From Dictyostelium discoideum (Eukaryota): DNA of 64,000 nucleotides. A program made the translations under genes and the position numbers. Below the pieces are notes generated by a model. It was not told the origin of the DNA, searched no databases, and saw only the letters and a list, made by a program, of their open reading frames with translations. Below, piece by piece: positions 1 to 18,861 of the stretch. Within the stretch, counting starts at the first letter, position 1. Each line of letters starts with the position of its first letter. The stretch covers positions 1,760,001-1,824,000 of the forward strand of contig CM000151.3 of the NCBI GenBank assembly GCA_000004695.1, given 5' to 3'.

Positions 1-149
1 ACATGATGCTATCTCTTTACTTAATTTTGGGTGAGCATTACCATGTAAAATTACTAATCTATTATTACTCATGTTCTTTTATTATAAATATATTTATATA
101 TATATATATATATAAATATATAATTATAACAAATTTAATTTATGTTAAA

Positions 150-266
150 ATGTATGTCTATGTATGTATGTATGTGTATATATGTATGTGTATGTATGTG
201 TATGTATGTGTATGTATGTATGTGTATGTATGTATGTATGTGTATGTATGTAGGTATGTATGAATG
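150..266. repeat. (TGTA/TGTG)n tetranucleotide microsatellite
   Basis: Direct reading: tandem tgta/tgtg units over about 115 bp. The supplied ORF 3..263 is an artefact of this repeat. Confidence 0.8.
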
Positions 267-305
267 TTATGTTGTGTGTGTGTTTTGGTGAAATGCAATT
301 TTAAG

Positions 306-338
<33 letters not shown>

Positions 339-556
339 AATTGAAATTAATTTTAATTTTTTTTTATCCTGGATGGGTTGGAAATACAATTATTTAAATA
401 AAAAAAATTAATATCAAATTATTGAAATATTTAAAACATATATATTACACAAACTTTTTTTTATTCATTTATTTTATTAATTATTAATTAATTATTAGTT
501 AAATATATATATATATATATTTAATTATTAATTAATTTTTTAAATATTTTAAATAA

Positions 557-1008
557 TTAAATTTTTTTAATATTTCGTGCAGGTGAAACTGTAAAAGAAG
601 GATTTGGTGATAAATTATGATTTTTTAAAAGTTTTCTAAATGCAGTTTGAACTTGTTCACATTTTTCTTTACTTCTACAAAATATTCTAATTCTTTCTTC
701 TTGGAATTGATTTGGAATTAAATGACTAGTCTCTTCTTTTTTAATAGTAAAACTTTGTGTTGAATCATAACGAGTATAAAATCTAGTTGATTGAACTGGA
801 TCCTTATCTTTGAATGCATAATTTAATTTCAAATTTTGTACAATAATATCACTCTCTAATATACCATTACCCACCTTTGCTATATCTTCTGCTAAACTAT
901 CAGCTGACCATCTTATTTTATCTGTTGATACAATAATTTCATCAACAAATTTATAAAGATTTCTATTTCTAATATTTTTAATAATTTTTCTTGATTTTTC
1001 CAATTCCT

Positions 1009-1040
<32 letters not shown>

Positions 1041-2209
1041 TTATTAATTAATAAAAAAAGAATTTTGATTTTATAAATATAAATATAAATAAATATGAAT
1101 GTATATATATTTACAGGTTCTTTTGAAGTTTCAATACGTCTTAATAAACTATCTGATAAATTTATAAATTCTTTTGGATCTTCTAATTGATCAGAAATCT
1201 TTAAGAATTGATCAGCTTCTGTGAAAGCATCGGCAATCATGAATTCTATTGACTTGCCAACTTTATGAGTGTAAACCAATTTATGTAAACTATAACGAGT
1301 GTGGAATAGTTCGTAGAGGTTATAGATCTCTTTACTTAGGAAACAAATTTGATCATCAATGACTTTGCTAAATTCCATAAGACGTTGAAAATCACAAACT
1401 GTTGATCTACCCAAATAGTAGGAATCACGTGATAGGTAATCAAATTTATCAACGTCAACACTATTTCTATTATTTGCAACTATATCGTATATGAATGCTC
1501 TTTCCTTTGGTCTATGTTTACCTTGAATTAAACTACTGATGAATTTGATATCATCGCTATCATACTCGTCCAAACCATGATCATCAATGATCCAATTCAA
1601 CATCTTGATTGACATATCTTCATGATGAAATCGTTTACTACCACCCAACTGATCAACCCATGATTCAAATGCATGACTGAATGGACCATGACCAAGGTCA
1701 TGACACAAACCTGCTATTCTTACAAATTTCTGCTCGCGTTCTGTTATTTCCAATTCAGGTTGTGTCACTTTAATTCTATCTATATACTTACCTGCTAAAT
1801 GACTAACACCAATGGAATGTTCGAATCTTGAATGTGATGCACAGGGGAATACAAAACTTGTGGTACCCACTTGTTTTAAATCTCTTAATCTTTGAAATTG
1901 TTCTGTATCTATAAAATCCATTATATAATCTGGTACTTCCATATGACCATGAATAACATCATTTATAATTTTTGATGATTTTCTACTACTATAATCAGTA
2001 TCATTATCATATTCATTGCTCTGTCTAACTTTATTAATTCCAAGACCTTTGAAATTACCCATTAAACCACGTCCCATTTCATAATCGATCAATCTTGGTG
2101 ATCTTGGTGATTCATGATATCCTCTTATAAATTCTGATGGATCATAATCTGATTCTTCACCTTCTGTACCTGATACATCTTCATTAACATATTTGAAAGT
2201 ATTATTCAT
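557..2209 (-). CDS. HD-domain deoxynucleoside triphosphate triphosphohydrolase (SAMHD1-like), 2 exons: 2209..1115 and 1006..557
   Basis: Translation carries the HD signature (HSIGVSHLAGKYI ... LCHDLGHGPFSHAFE) typical of SAMHD1/dGTPase-family phosphohydrolases. The two supplied minus-strand ORFs (1007..2209, 557..1003) are joined by a 108-bp AT-rich intron with donor GTAAAT (G at 1114) and acceptor AG at 1008..1007. The junction ...SKEP|ELEKSRK is in frame. Start has an AAAAATG context. Joined product is about 514 aa. Confidence 0.85.
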
Positions 2210-2309
2210 TTTTTAATTTGTTACTTTCAATTTCTTTTTTTTTTTTTTTTTCTATTATTTTTTTTTTATTTTTTTTTGCTATGAAAAAAAATTAAAAAAA
2301 AAAAGAAAA

Positions 2310-2367
<58 letters not shown>

Positions 2368-2369
2368 GG

Positions 2370-3157
2370 GTTCCCAAAAAAAAAAAGGTTAAATTTTCCA
2401 GAAACCCCTTTAAAAAAAAAAATAAAAAATTTTTTTTTGGTAAAAATTAAAAAAACTTTTTTTTTTTTTTTTAAAAAATTCCTTTTTTAAAAAAAATTTT
2501 TTTAATTTTTTTTAACCTTTCCAATTAATTTTAAAATAAAATTTTTACCTTTTTTTTTAACGGGTTTCCCAAAAATTTTTAACCTTAATTTAAAAATTTT
2601 AATTTTTTAATTTTAATTTTTTAATTTTAATTTTTTAAAAAAATTNNNGGGGGNNAANAAAAAAAAAAAATTTTAATTTTAATTTAAAAATTTTAATTTT
2701 AATTTTTAAAAAAAATTTAANGGGGNTTGGGGCNGGGGGTTAAAAAAAAAATTAAAAAAAAATTCCTGGAATTTGNATTTTTTGGAAAAAAAAAAAAATT
2801 TAAGGTCCTTTTTNCNNTTCCATTTTTTTCCAGGGTTTTTAAAAAAATTTGGAATTTTGGTTTTGGAAACGGAAAATTTCCCAAAACCACCCCCCTTTTT
2901 TTTTTAAAGAATGGGGAAAATTAAAACCTCCGGGTTTATTTTTCCAAATTGGGAAAATTTTTTTTTTTTTTAAAAAAAAAACAAATTTGTAAAAAAAATA
3001 TTAAAAAGGAAATAAAAAGGGTAAATAAAAAAAATCCNTCCCCTTAACCCCTTTTTTTTTTAAAAAATATTTCTTAAAATTAAAAAAAATTTTTTAATTA
3101 GATTTTTTTAAAAATTAAAATTTCCCATTTCCGGTGTTTTTCAAATCCCCAAAATTT

Positions 3158-3197
<40 letters not shown>

Positions 3198-3420
3198 ATT
3201 AAAAACCCCCTTAAATATTTTTCCTTGGGATTTCAATTTTTTAAAAAAAAGATAATTTTAAAAAAACAAATTTGTTTCGAAATTGGAAATTTTTGGGTTA
3301 GTTTTGAAAAAAATGAAAATAAAATTCCCGGGGCTAAAAATTTTGGGGGGGGCGGGAAATTAAAAAATGGGCCATTTCTAAAAATAGTTTTTTTTTTTTT
3401 TTTTTAAGAAATTTTGGAAA
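2370..3420. other. Low-quality or unreliable assembled sequence (ambiguous bases and aberrant G/C runs) inside a 4.4 kb gene-free AT tract
   Basis: N characters are visible at 2646-2658, 2721-2734, 2776, 2814-2817 and 3038. Runs such as ggggnttggggcngggggtt, ccacccccc and ggggggggcggg are atypical for this genome and look like degraded base calls. The ORFs at 2727..2924 and 3156..3407 are not credible. Confidence 0.6.
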
Positions 3421-3625
3421 TTTTTTATTGTTTTTTTTTTTTTTAAAATAAAGAAAATCTATTTTTTTTTTGGGTTTAAATTTTTTATTTTAAATTTTTT
3501 TTTTTAAAAAAAGTATTTTAAAAAAATTATTTTTATTATTTCAACCCCACCAAAAAAAAAAAAAAAATGAATTTTGCCCTAAATATAGATTATTTAGGCA
3601 ACCCTGAACCAATTTTTTTTTCTTT

Positions 3626-3656
<31 letters not shown>

Positions 3657-3764
3657 TCTTTTTAATTTTTTTTCTCTTGGCCTATATTTTAATATAAAAA
3701 TAAAAGAAAAAAAAATAAAATAATAAATTTGGTATCCTTTTAAAATACAGGGGAAAAAAAAAAA

Positions 3765-3799
<35 letters not shown>

Positions 3800-4628
3800 T
3801 TTTTTTCCTAAAAAGGAAATTTGATTATAAATTTAGAAAATACTGAATGTGTTTTAAAAAATTCCACTTTTTTTTCATTTTAATGGGTTCTGTGGAAAAA
3901 AAATATAAATATCTTGATTTTAAAAAAAAAAAAAAAAAAAATGAAAATTTTTAAAAAAAAAAAAAAAAATAAAAAGAAAGTTCTATATTTAGGGACAAAG
4001 TATCTAAATAATTGAGATTGTTTTGTGCACTGTTAGAAATCAATCAAAAAAATTTTAATTTTAAATTATTTTTTTTTTTTTTTTTTTTTATTTTATTTTT
4101 TTTTTCATTTAAAAAATTAAAACAAAATAATTTATAATTTTTTTAATTAAATTTGAACAACCATATGGCGTCTCAATGTAAATATCCCTAATAATAATAC
4201 ATTAATTAAAAATATATTTTGCATTATTTTTATTTTTTTTCTCTTTTCATTTTATTATTTTATTTTATTTTTTTTTTTTAAAAATATTATATTTTTTTTT
4301 TTTTAAGAAAAACACAACACACACGAACGATAAGTTTTTCAGCTTTATTTTTATTTTTATTTTTTTTTTTATTTTTTAATGTGGGTGTGCTAAATTAAAT
4401 TTCAATAATTTAATCAAACCCATGAATAGAATTAATTTTATATTCTCTCCTGTGCAAAATATTTTTTAACCCCATATGTTAAGTTTTTTATTAAAAATTA
4501 ACAATAAAAAAAAATCACATAATACTAAAAAAAAAACTGTATTTGTGAATTCGTGTATGTGTGGTAATGTGTGTTTATTCTTTGCAAATTAAACCAATAA
4601 TGTATATATTATTTTTTTTTAAAAAAAA

Positions 4629-4666
<38 letters not shown>

Positions 4667-4726
4667 AAAAACAAAAAAAAAATATTCATAAGCAAATGAT
4701 GAAAATTTAAACACTAACTATTTCAA

Positions 4727-4757
<31 letters not shown>

Positions 4758-5606
4758 AAAAAGCTATAGTCATTTTTATCTTCATTTATTATATTCATCT
4801 ATCATTGGTCAATTAATTTGATAAAGGTAAAAAATTTTTTTTTCATTTTTTTTATTTTTTTTTTTTATTTTTTTTTTTTTTTGAGATTCCCAAAAAAAAA
4901 AAAAAGAAAAAAAAACAATTATTTTGGAAAATAAAAAAAAAAAAAAAAAAAAAAAACCATTGCTTTAATTTTAATTAATTTTTTATTTTAAAATTTTATT
5001 TTAAAGTAATGGGACAATAAAATGGTAAAAAATAAACATATGAAAATAAAAAAAATAAAAAAAAAAAAACAACTTTTTTTTTTTTTTTTTTTTTGGGGGG
5101 AGAAAGATGACCACAACCTTTGCAGTTTTTTTTAACTCTATTTTATTTGTTGTTGTTGTTGGGATAGCTTCATTAAATTAATTCACTTACCCCAATAATG
5201 CTGGTTTTTTTTTTTTTTTTTTTCTTGGATAATTATTTATTTTTTTTTTTTTTTTTTTTTCTAAACACTTTTTTAACCAGCAAAAAAAAAAAAAAATAAC
5301 ATAAAAACCAAAAAATAAATTAATTAATAATAATTAAATATATTGTAAATAAATAAGGTCCTTAAAAAAAAAAACAAAAATAAAAATAAAATAAAATAAA
5401 AAAATAAAAAAAAAAATAAAAAATAAAAAAAAAACAAAAAAAAAAAAAATATTATTTTTCAAGACCAAGCCGGCAAATTCGTGTGATCTTTTCAGCAAAT
5501 ATTTTTTTTTTTTTTTTTTTATTTTTTTTTTAATTTTTTTTTTTTTTTCATCAAACTTTTTATTTTAAACAATTTTAATTTAATCAGTTATATATAAAAT
5601 TTCTAA

Positions 5607-5642
<36 letters not shown>

Positions 5643-5838
5643 ATTTTTTTTTTATTTTTTTTTTTTTTTATTCTGTTTATTTTTCAAATAAAGAATTCAG
5701 GATTAATAGAAACCATAAATCCCCCAACAAACACCGCATTTCTCCAAATATCAAACACCACCATTCCACAAATATTTTTTTTAACACAATCACTATACGT
5801 TCAAATTTTATTTTAAAATTAGTTTTTTAAAATTTTGG

Positions 5839-5885
<47 letters not shown>

Positions 5886-6155
5886 CAATTAATCAAATTT
5901 TATTCTTCGGTCAATTCCTTTTTCATACTTTTTTTTTTTTTTAAAAAAAAAAAAAATTTCTGATCTATTCAATTTTTTTTTCCTCACTCTTCATCAAATT
6001 CAATTGTGATATCATGATATCCATTACAAAAACAAAGTAATTTTTTTTTTTTATTTTTTTTATATTTTTTTTTTAATAATTTTTTAGGATTATTAAAAAA
6101 AAAAAATATCTTTTTCAAATAAAATAGCAAAAAGATAATTATTTTTTTTTTTTTT

Positions 6156-6194
<39 letters not shown>

Positions 6195-6480
6195 CATCAC
6201 ACATAACTATTATTCCAATAATCAAAAAAAAAAAAAAAATTATATATATAGATACAAAATAAAATTTTGTTTTTAAATTACATCACACACACCCAATAAA
6301 TTAATCACTAAAAATTATCAATCAAATAATTCTTTATCAAATTAATTGTTTTTTTTTTTTTATTTTTTTTTTTTTATTTTTTTTATGCGCTATCCAATTT
6401 TTCCAAAATCTCAAATTACTATTTTCCCAAATTTTCCATATTTTTTTTTTTTTTTTTTCAAAAAAAAAAAAAAAAATAAT

Positions 6481-6588
<108 letters not shown>

Positions 6589-6679
6589 TTTATTCTCATT
6601 ATTTTAATTATTTGTTTTTTTTTTTGTTTTTTTTTTTTTTTTTTTATATAAAAAAATAGATTAATAATAAATAAACAAC

Positions 6680-10133
<3,454 letters not shown>

Positions 10134-10139
10134 GTTGAA

Positions 10140-10200
10140 CAACAAAATATAAAAATATAAAAATATAAAAATATAAAAATATAAAAATATAAAAATATAA
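10140..10200. repeat. (ATAAAAATAT)n 10-bp tandem repeat immediately after the stop codon at 10133
   Basis: Direct reading: aaatataaaaatataaaaatataaaaat..., about 6 units. Confidence 0.8.
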
Positions 10201-10351
10201 AATATAAAATTAAAAAAAAATAAAAAGGATCGTAATTCAAAAATTAAACAAGAAAAAAAAATTTCCATTAATTCTATATTTGGGTTTTGGTTTTTTGGTT
10301 TTTTTTTTTTTTTTTTTTTTAAAATTTTTTTTTTTACAACAATTTTTTTTT

Positions 10352-10535
10352 TTATTTCATATTTTTTAATAAATGATTTATTCTATAGTTTTGTTTTTCC
10401 ATATCTTGTTTAAGTTTTTCATTTTCTTTTAATAAAGCTTCATAGGTTGATAATGGTACAGACTCTGATAATGAAGATGTTGGAACGATAGTTTGTTTCT
10501 TCTTATCTGTGAATTAAGTGATAATTAGTAAAAGT

Positions 10536-10571
<36 letters not shown>

Positions 10572-10679
10572 CTAAACATATAACATACTTAAAATAGATT
10601 GTTCTAATTGTGAAATTCTTTTAGTGAGTTGTTCAATTATTTCATCTGCTTCATTAGCTCTTTTTTCGAATGTTTCCAT
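10352..10679 (-). CDS. Small coiled-coil protein (about 81 aa; possibly short-coiled-coil/SCOC-like), 2 exons: 10679..10589 and 10506..10352
   Basis: Not in the ORF track. Found by eye on the minus strand: ATG at 10679 in AAAAAATGG context; exon 1 METFEKRANEADEIIEQLTKRISQLEQSIL ends at a GTATGT donor (10588..10583); 80-bp intron containing a long T-run; acceptor cacAG at 10508..10507; exon 2 ...NKKKQTIVPTSSLSESVPLSTYEALLKENEKLKQDMEKQNYRINHLLKNMK, stop TAA at 10354..10352. Phase is consistent (1 nt + 2 nt). Heptad-like charged residues suggest a coiled coil. The SCOC similarity is from memory only. Confidence 0.55.
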
Positions 10680-11607
10680 TTTTTTGTTTCGTTTTTAATT
10701 TACAATAATAATAATAAAAAAAAAAAAAAAAAAAAAAAACTTTTTAGAAAATTTTTTTTTATTTTTTTTTTTTTATTTTTTTTTATTTTTATGTCTCAAT
10801 TATTTCATTGGGTACAATCGAAAATAAAAAAATTAAAAAAATTAAAAAAATAAGAAATAAAAACCGAATTAATTAATTTCAAATCATCAAATATAAAATC
10901 TAAAGATATAAAAAAAAAAAAAAATGGAAAATGGAAAATGGAAAACGGAAATAAAAATAAAATAAAAAAATAAAAAAATAAAAAAATAAATATAAAATAA
11001 AAAAATAAAATAAAAAAAATAAAAAAATAAAAAAATAAATGAATAATAAAAAAAAAAAAAAAAACTTCATTTCAAAATATTTCTTTTTTTTTTTTTTCAG
11101 AATATCTTAATTCTTTTTATTTAATAGATTATTCATGCGCGACAATCATTTTTCCCAAGCAAGATATTTTAAACCCTAAAATTTACTTGTAAAAAAAAAA
11201 AAAAAAAAAATGTGAAGAAAAAATCATTTTGCCGAATTTATAGTGGGTTTCTTTCATTGAATTTGGTTACCAACAAATATCTTTTTTTCTTTTTTCACAC
11301 AAAAAAAAAATTTCCAATATCATTTTAGGTCTATTTTTTCCAAACCACATTTTTTTTTGAAAATATCTTTTGCAAATCTGGATCGGTTTTTTTCTCTCTC
11401 AATAATTCAGTGCGGTTTATGATATTTTCGAATTTATTCTTTTTTAAAAAATTAATTTTTTTAAAAAAAAAATATAATTTTATTTTTTTGAAACCAACCA
11501 AAAAAAAAAAAAAAAAAAAAAAAGCTAAAATAAAATAAAATAAAACAAAACAAAATAAAATAAAATAAAACAAAATAAATTAAAATAAAAAAATCAATAA
11601 ACAATTG

Positions 11608-11669
<62 letters not shown>

Positions 11670-11697
11670 TACTTATTTTTAAAACAAAAAAACAGAA

Positions 11698-14600
11698 ATG
11701 GATGATTTTAAAAATCTATTGATTTTTTTAATTTTTTTGTTTTTTAGATTAAATAATGGACAAATAACACCCTTAACTCCAACAAATTCAATTACCATTA
11801 CTCCTTTAAATGATTTTAGATTTTCACAATTCCCAATAATTTCAAGTTTAGGAGAGTGTTCAACCATTACTGGCAAATTTTTGGTTGTTGATGATAATGC
11901 CAATAATGAGATAACCAAAATTTCAATAATTCAAGATAAAATTGGTTCTCAATCATTAACAAAAGAAGGAAATCATTATTTATTTTCATTTTGGCTTTCT
12001 TTAAATTTCACTGTTTCACCACTCCAAATGAATATCACAATATCTTCAAATTCAACCTCTGATGTAGTTTATAGTTACACGCAATCTTGTGTTGGTATGA
12101 ATTAAATAGGATTTTTTTCAATATTTATATTCTATTTTTAATTTTAAAATTCCCAATTTTTTGTGCAATTTATTAATATTTTTTTATTATTTTTTTTTTT
12201 AAAACAGATCCCATTCTTGATTTATTAGAATTGGAAAATCCAATAACTATTTTAGCAGAAAGTGTTTTTATAACAAAGTTTAAATTAAAAAATTATTCAA
12301 ATGGTTCAACATTATTAGTATTTAATAATGGTTTTGGCTCTTTTACTGCATTAGATGATGGTACCTATTTAATTGTATGGGATGGAAAATATGTTTCAAG
12401 TAAAACAAACCTGTATGATGATTGGAGTTTTGATATTTTATTTTATAAAAAAAATAAAACATTCACAGTTCCATCATATTTTAGTTTTGGTAAGTGGTAT
12501 AAAAAAAAAAAAAAAAAAAAAAAAAAATACTGATAATAACAAATTTAAATATAATTACAGATAAACAACTATATGCCCCAACATATAATAAAACATATTA
12601 TCCTAATGATATTATGGATATTGGTTCAAATTATACAGAATTTGGACAGGACTATCCTCCAGTTTTAACAAATAATGTAAAAACTAATATTCCACATCCA
12701 TTTTCAGGTGTATCAGATTTAAGTTATTTTTATTTGCAAAAACCTTTAAAAGGCAAGATAGGTAATATGACATATTTAAATTTACTCCTTTGCTCAACTA
12801 AATATAATTCCGGTGATCCATTGAATTTTGTTTATTATGATCAATACCAAAATCAAACTTCTAAAACTCCATTTGTCACAAAGATATACAGTAAGTCTGT
12901 TAATAATAATAATAATAATAATAACAACAACAATAATAATAATAATAATTTTTTATGATAATATTAATTATTATTTTTTTTTTTTATTATTATTTTTATT
13001 ATTATTATGAAAATAGAATTCAATGTTCAAAACTTGGGTAACATAATGCTTTCAAATACAACATCAAAATCACCAATAATTGAATTATTTACAGTATCAT
13101 TTAAAAATGTAGTTGATTATAAATTTACAATTTATCAATATACTTATGACTATAAAAAATTTTTTAAGACTTGGCCGTATGGTTTCATCAAAGGTTTGTT
13201 TTTTTTTCTTTTTTTTTTAATTTATTTTCTGATTTTAAAATTATATTTTTTGAAATTAATTAATTTCTTTTTTTTATTTTTTTTATTATTATTATTATAG
13301 GTTCAAATTCGGATTACACACACAAAACTTCAATTCAATCAAATATGAAAAGATTATCATCTTACATAACAACAAATTACACTATTCAAACATTTTCTCA
13401 GTCTGATGGAGCTACAATTGCTGTACCAAAAAGCACAATACCAGGTTTAAAAGCTCCAACCGTTGTATCATATAGATTTTATGAAACATATACAGGGTTT
13501 TTTATTTTATCGGTTGATTTTTTGTCAGAAAATGGTCTTGAAAACGCTTATTCTTCTTCTTTAGACATAAACCCGGGGCTATTAAATTTAGTTAGTGGAT
13601 CAATTTATAATGGTACTTTGGATTTTATTTTTGCAATTAATGAAAGTCCAAAAGTTACTCTAAACGATATTTATGATAATACTTTTTTTTTAAATGAATT
13701 TGACCTCTTATCAATTAACCCACTTTCTCAATTTAAATATCCACATCAGCTTTATTATAGTAAGTTTTTTTTTTTTCTTTTTTTTTTCCAAAACAAAAAA
13801 AAAAATAATTAATATTAACCATATATCTTTTTTTTTTATTTTTTTATTTTTTTTATTTCTTTTTATTTTTAGATTTTAATATTTCAAATTTTTATAATAT
13901 TAGTTTTTCAGCCAATAATTTAAACCTTGAAAAAGATAATTACATTACAGTGTATTTATGTAATAAAGATCTACCAACTGATACCACTTTTATTTTTTAT
14001 AATGTCGACGATTCAAGTTATACAGCACCACAACTTATTTCAAAAACCCCATCAACGTCATTGATTTATAATTCAACATTGGGTTGTTTCACTTCAAGAT
14101 TAATTATTCAAAAGAATTCTATTTTCTTTGAAGTTTTAGGAATATTTTATTCAGGTCAATTATCATTTTTTTATTCTTCTATGTTACCAAAATCTTCAAG
14201 GTTATTTATTAAAAAATCAGGTAAGAAAATAATTATTTTATTTTATTTTGTTTTTTATTTTATTTTATTTTTTAATTATTATTTACTAATAATATTTTTT
14301 TTAATTTAGAACTTGATGCTCAAGGTCCAATTTTTAGTTTTATTAAAAAGATTAATGATAAAGTTGATGTTAGTTCAAATTCCGTAATTGTTGGTTGGAA
14401 TTTTACAATCTCTGATGAAGGTAATGGATTTAGCCATGGTTATATAAAGATAATGGGATCAGTAGATAGTTCAACATATCATTACAACTTTACTATTGAT
14501 GATATTGTAGAAGGTGATAAGTTTAATGGTATATACCAATTTGTAATTAGTGTTTCAACACCTTGTGTTTCTCAAGAATATTCAATAACCAATGTAGAAT

Positions 14601-16343
14601 TATATGACACTAATAATGTTATTTCAATTTTTGAATTATATACATCAAAAACTTTTTCTGCATATTATTCCAATCCTTTCATTAATTTCTATCAAAGTGG
14701 TATTGATATTACCAAAGTATCATTCACTTGTACACCATCAATATTAGATACAACCGATCCGATATTAAAATCATTCACAGTTTCAAAAGATTCAATTGAT
14801 GTTGGTTCAAATGATAGATCAATAATTTTTAATTTTGAAATTGAAACAAATTCAACAGGTACAGGTTTAAAAATTGATCAACTTCCAATTGTTTATATTC
14901 TTTCCAAAAAAATGAAACTACTTGAATGCAAATCAACTTTATTATCAAACAATGTCACAAATTATATTTATAAATGCCAGATTGAATTACCAGTTTCTTT
15001 TGGACACCCATATCCAATTTCTTATTCACTCTATGGAATTGTTAATAATGGTGGTAATTTCAATGGTTTTACAACAGAGGATTTGAAACTTAATGGTTTT
15101 CCATATTATTCGAATACAACATTTTCTACAGATATACCAGTGGTTATGTCAAATCATGTTATTTATTCAGATATTGGAGGTGACTTATTTTTACGAGGCA
15201 GAGGTTTTTCAAATTCAAAAAATGTGGAAATCACCTATAGTCAAGTTGGATTAACATCTCAAAATTTAGTTCCTACAATTATTAGTCATTCTATAATTAA
15301 AGTAACTGGTATTAAGCCAACATCAGAATCAATATTGGTTAAAGTTGAAACTGAAAATTATTTTTCCAATTCATATACAGTTTATCCAATATTTTTTAAT
15401 GAAACAATTCCAGAACCACCAGAGACACCAACTCCAACACAAACACAAACACAAACACAAACACCAACACCAACACAAATACCAACAGCATCACCATTAC
15501 CTACAAATCCACCACAAGAATGCAAGGGCTCATGCGGAGGCATTAATAAAGGATATTGTTCACCAACTGGATGTATTTGTTATTCACCATGGGTTGGAGA
15601 AACATGCTCATCTCAAGTTATTATTGTACCACCACCAAAACCAGATACAGGTTTCCCAACCACACAATTCCCAGATAGTATTAATTCAAACTCTAATAGT
15701 AGTGCAAGTGATAGTGGAAACACATCAGAAGAAAATAATAGACCAATTACATTTAATTCACTAATTTCAATTGTATCATTAAGAGAAATCGATTATAAAG
15801 GTGAAGTTGTTGTTGAACATAAATTTGAAAAATGGTACTTTACACCAATTACAGAATTAAAAAGTCAATATATTACAACCATTAATAATAATAATACAAA
15901 TGTTACTGCCACTTTAGAATGGTTTAATAAAAGTACAACCATTCAATTTGCAAATGAGAATTTAGAAATGAATCCATCAACTATTAAATACTCTATAGAA
16001 ATATCCCAGTATAATTTTAAACAAAATTTAAACAATCTTCAATTAATAATGTTTGCTTCATTTGATGCTTCAGATCCACCAAAAGATATTTGTTCTTCAA
16101 AACAATTTGGTAATACATCGACTGGTGATAATTCAAATTATATAAAGATTCAAATTGATAATCATTCACTATATGGTAGATTCATAAAAAGAGCAATAAT
16201 CGATGATAAAGTTTACTCAATTGAAAATCAATTATTAGATTCTTCTTTAAATTCAATTTCAAATTCATCTTCTGTACAATCATATATTGGTATTACTATA
16301 CCATTTTATAAGAATTATGTAGTTGTTGATCCTGGTATGTAAA

Positions 16344-16414
<71 letters not shown>

Positions 16415-16676
16415 ACTTATATTAATTATTTAATTATTTTAAAATATAATAGATTTTAGTGTTTTAGTTGATAGTAATTCAGTAAGTTCTTCTTCTACTA
16501 ATTCCATGTGTAATTCTTCTTCATCTGGTCTATCAAAATCCCAATTGATCGGAATTATTATTGGTTCATCTTGTTTTGCTATTGCAATTGTCGTTGGTCT
16601 TATTTACCTTGCAAGAAAACGTCATGTACAAAAATTATTTCTTGAAAAATATTCAAGCAGAATGAAGAGTAAATAA
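11698..16676 (+). CDS. Secreted/type-I membrane glycoprotein, 1413 aa, 8 exons: signal peptide, repeated beta-rich extracellular modules (IPT/TIG-like), Thr/Pro linker, EGF-like Cys module, C-terminal TM helix
   Basis: Exons by hand: 11698-12094, 12208-12489, 12561-12890, 13017-13193, 13301-13759, 13873-14220, 14310-16334, 16453-16676. Donors GTATGA/GTAAGT/GTTTGT/GTAAGA/GTATGT, acceptors AG. Every intron is phase 1 and every junction keeps the supplied ORF pieces in frame (12231.., 12614.., 13007.., 13345.., 13950.., 14453..). N-terminus MDDFKNLLIFLIFLFFRLNNG is a signal peptide. ECKGSCGGINKGYCSPTGCICYSPWVGETCSS is EGF-like. The last exon encodes LIGIIIGSSCFAIAIVVGLIYLARKRH (TM anchor) and a short cytoplasmic tail. 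Many N-glycosylation sequons. The architecture resembles Dictyostelium IPT/TIG-EGF adhesion families such as tgr/lagC, but the family assignment is inference. Confidence 0.8.
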
Positions 16677-16790
16677 ATAAATAAAGAAATAAACAAATAA
16701 ACAAATAAACAAATAAACAAATAAACAAATAAACAAATAAACAAATAAACAAATAAAAAAATAAAAAAATAAATAAATAAACAATGTATT
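16674..16790. repeat. (AAATAAACAA)n 10-bp tandem repeat directly after the stop codon
   Basis: Direct reading: about 10 units of aaataaacaa. Confidence 0.85.
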
Positions 16791-17161
16791 ATAATTTTAA
16801 AAGGCAATTTGTTTTATTATCGGATTTTGTTTCTTTTTTTTTTTTAAAGGTTTAAAATGCACCCCAATGGAGTTTTAATTATTTTTTTAAATATAGAAAT
16901 TAAAAAATGCAAAAATCTGAGATATATCCTTTGACAAAGATTTTCAAAAAATTTTCTACCAAAAAAAACAAGGAAAAATTAGTCAGTAATCATAACTTCA
17001 CTTTGTTTTTACCAAATTGGTGGTGAGGCATGTGATAATTTTATATAATTATTGATGTAAGATTTTTTTAAAATTAATTTTTTATATCTTTTTTTGTTTT
17101 TAACTCTCATCCTTTTTCGATCTATTTTTTTCTATTAATGATGGTAAATCTTAATATTTAA

Positions 17162-18747
<1,586 letters not shown>

Positions 18748-18861
18748 ATTTGTGGGTAAATTTTAAAAATAAAAAAAAAAAAAAGAAATTTTTGTGAAAA
18801 AAAAAAAAAAAAAAAAAAAAAAATTAGATTATTAATTTTTATTTTTTTATTTTATTTCAAC

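Noticed and set aside
2727-3407. ORFs 2727..2924 and 3156..3407
   Set aside because: They lie in the N-containing, apparently low-quality sequence and are homopolymer translations.
11331-11573. Minus-strand ORF ending ...INRTELLREKKTDPDLQKIFSKKNVVWKK in a mixed-complexity patch (11100-11420, contains catgcgcgac)
   Set aside because: No initiator or upstream exon could be found, and the N-terminal half is poly-F/K homopolymer translation. It could still be a terminal exon or an ncRNA, but this is unsupported.
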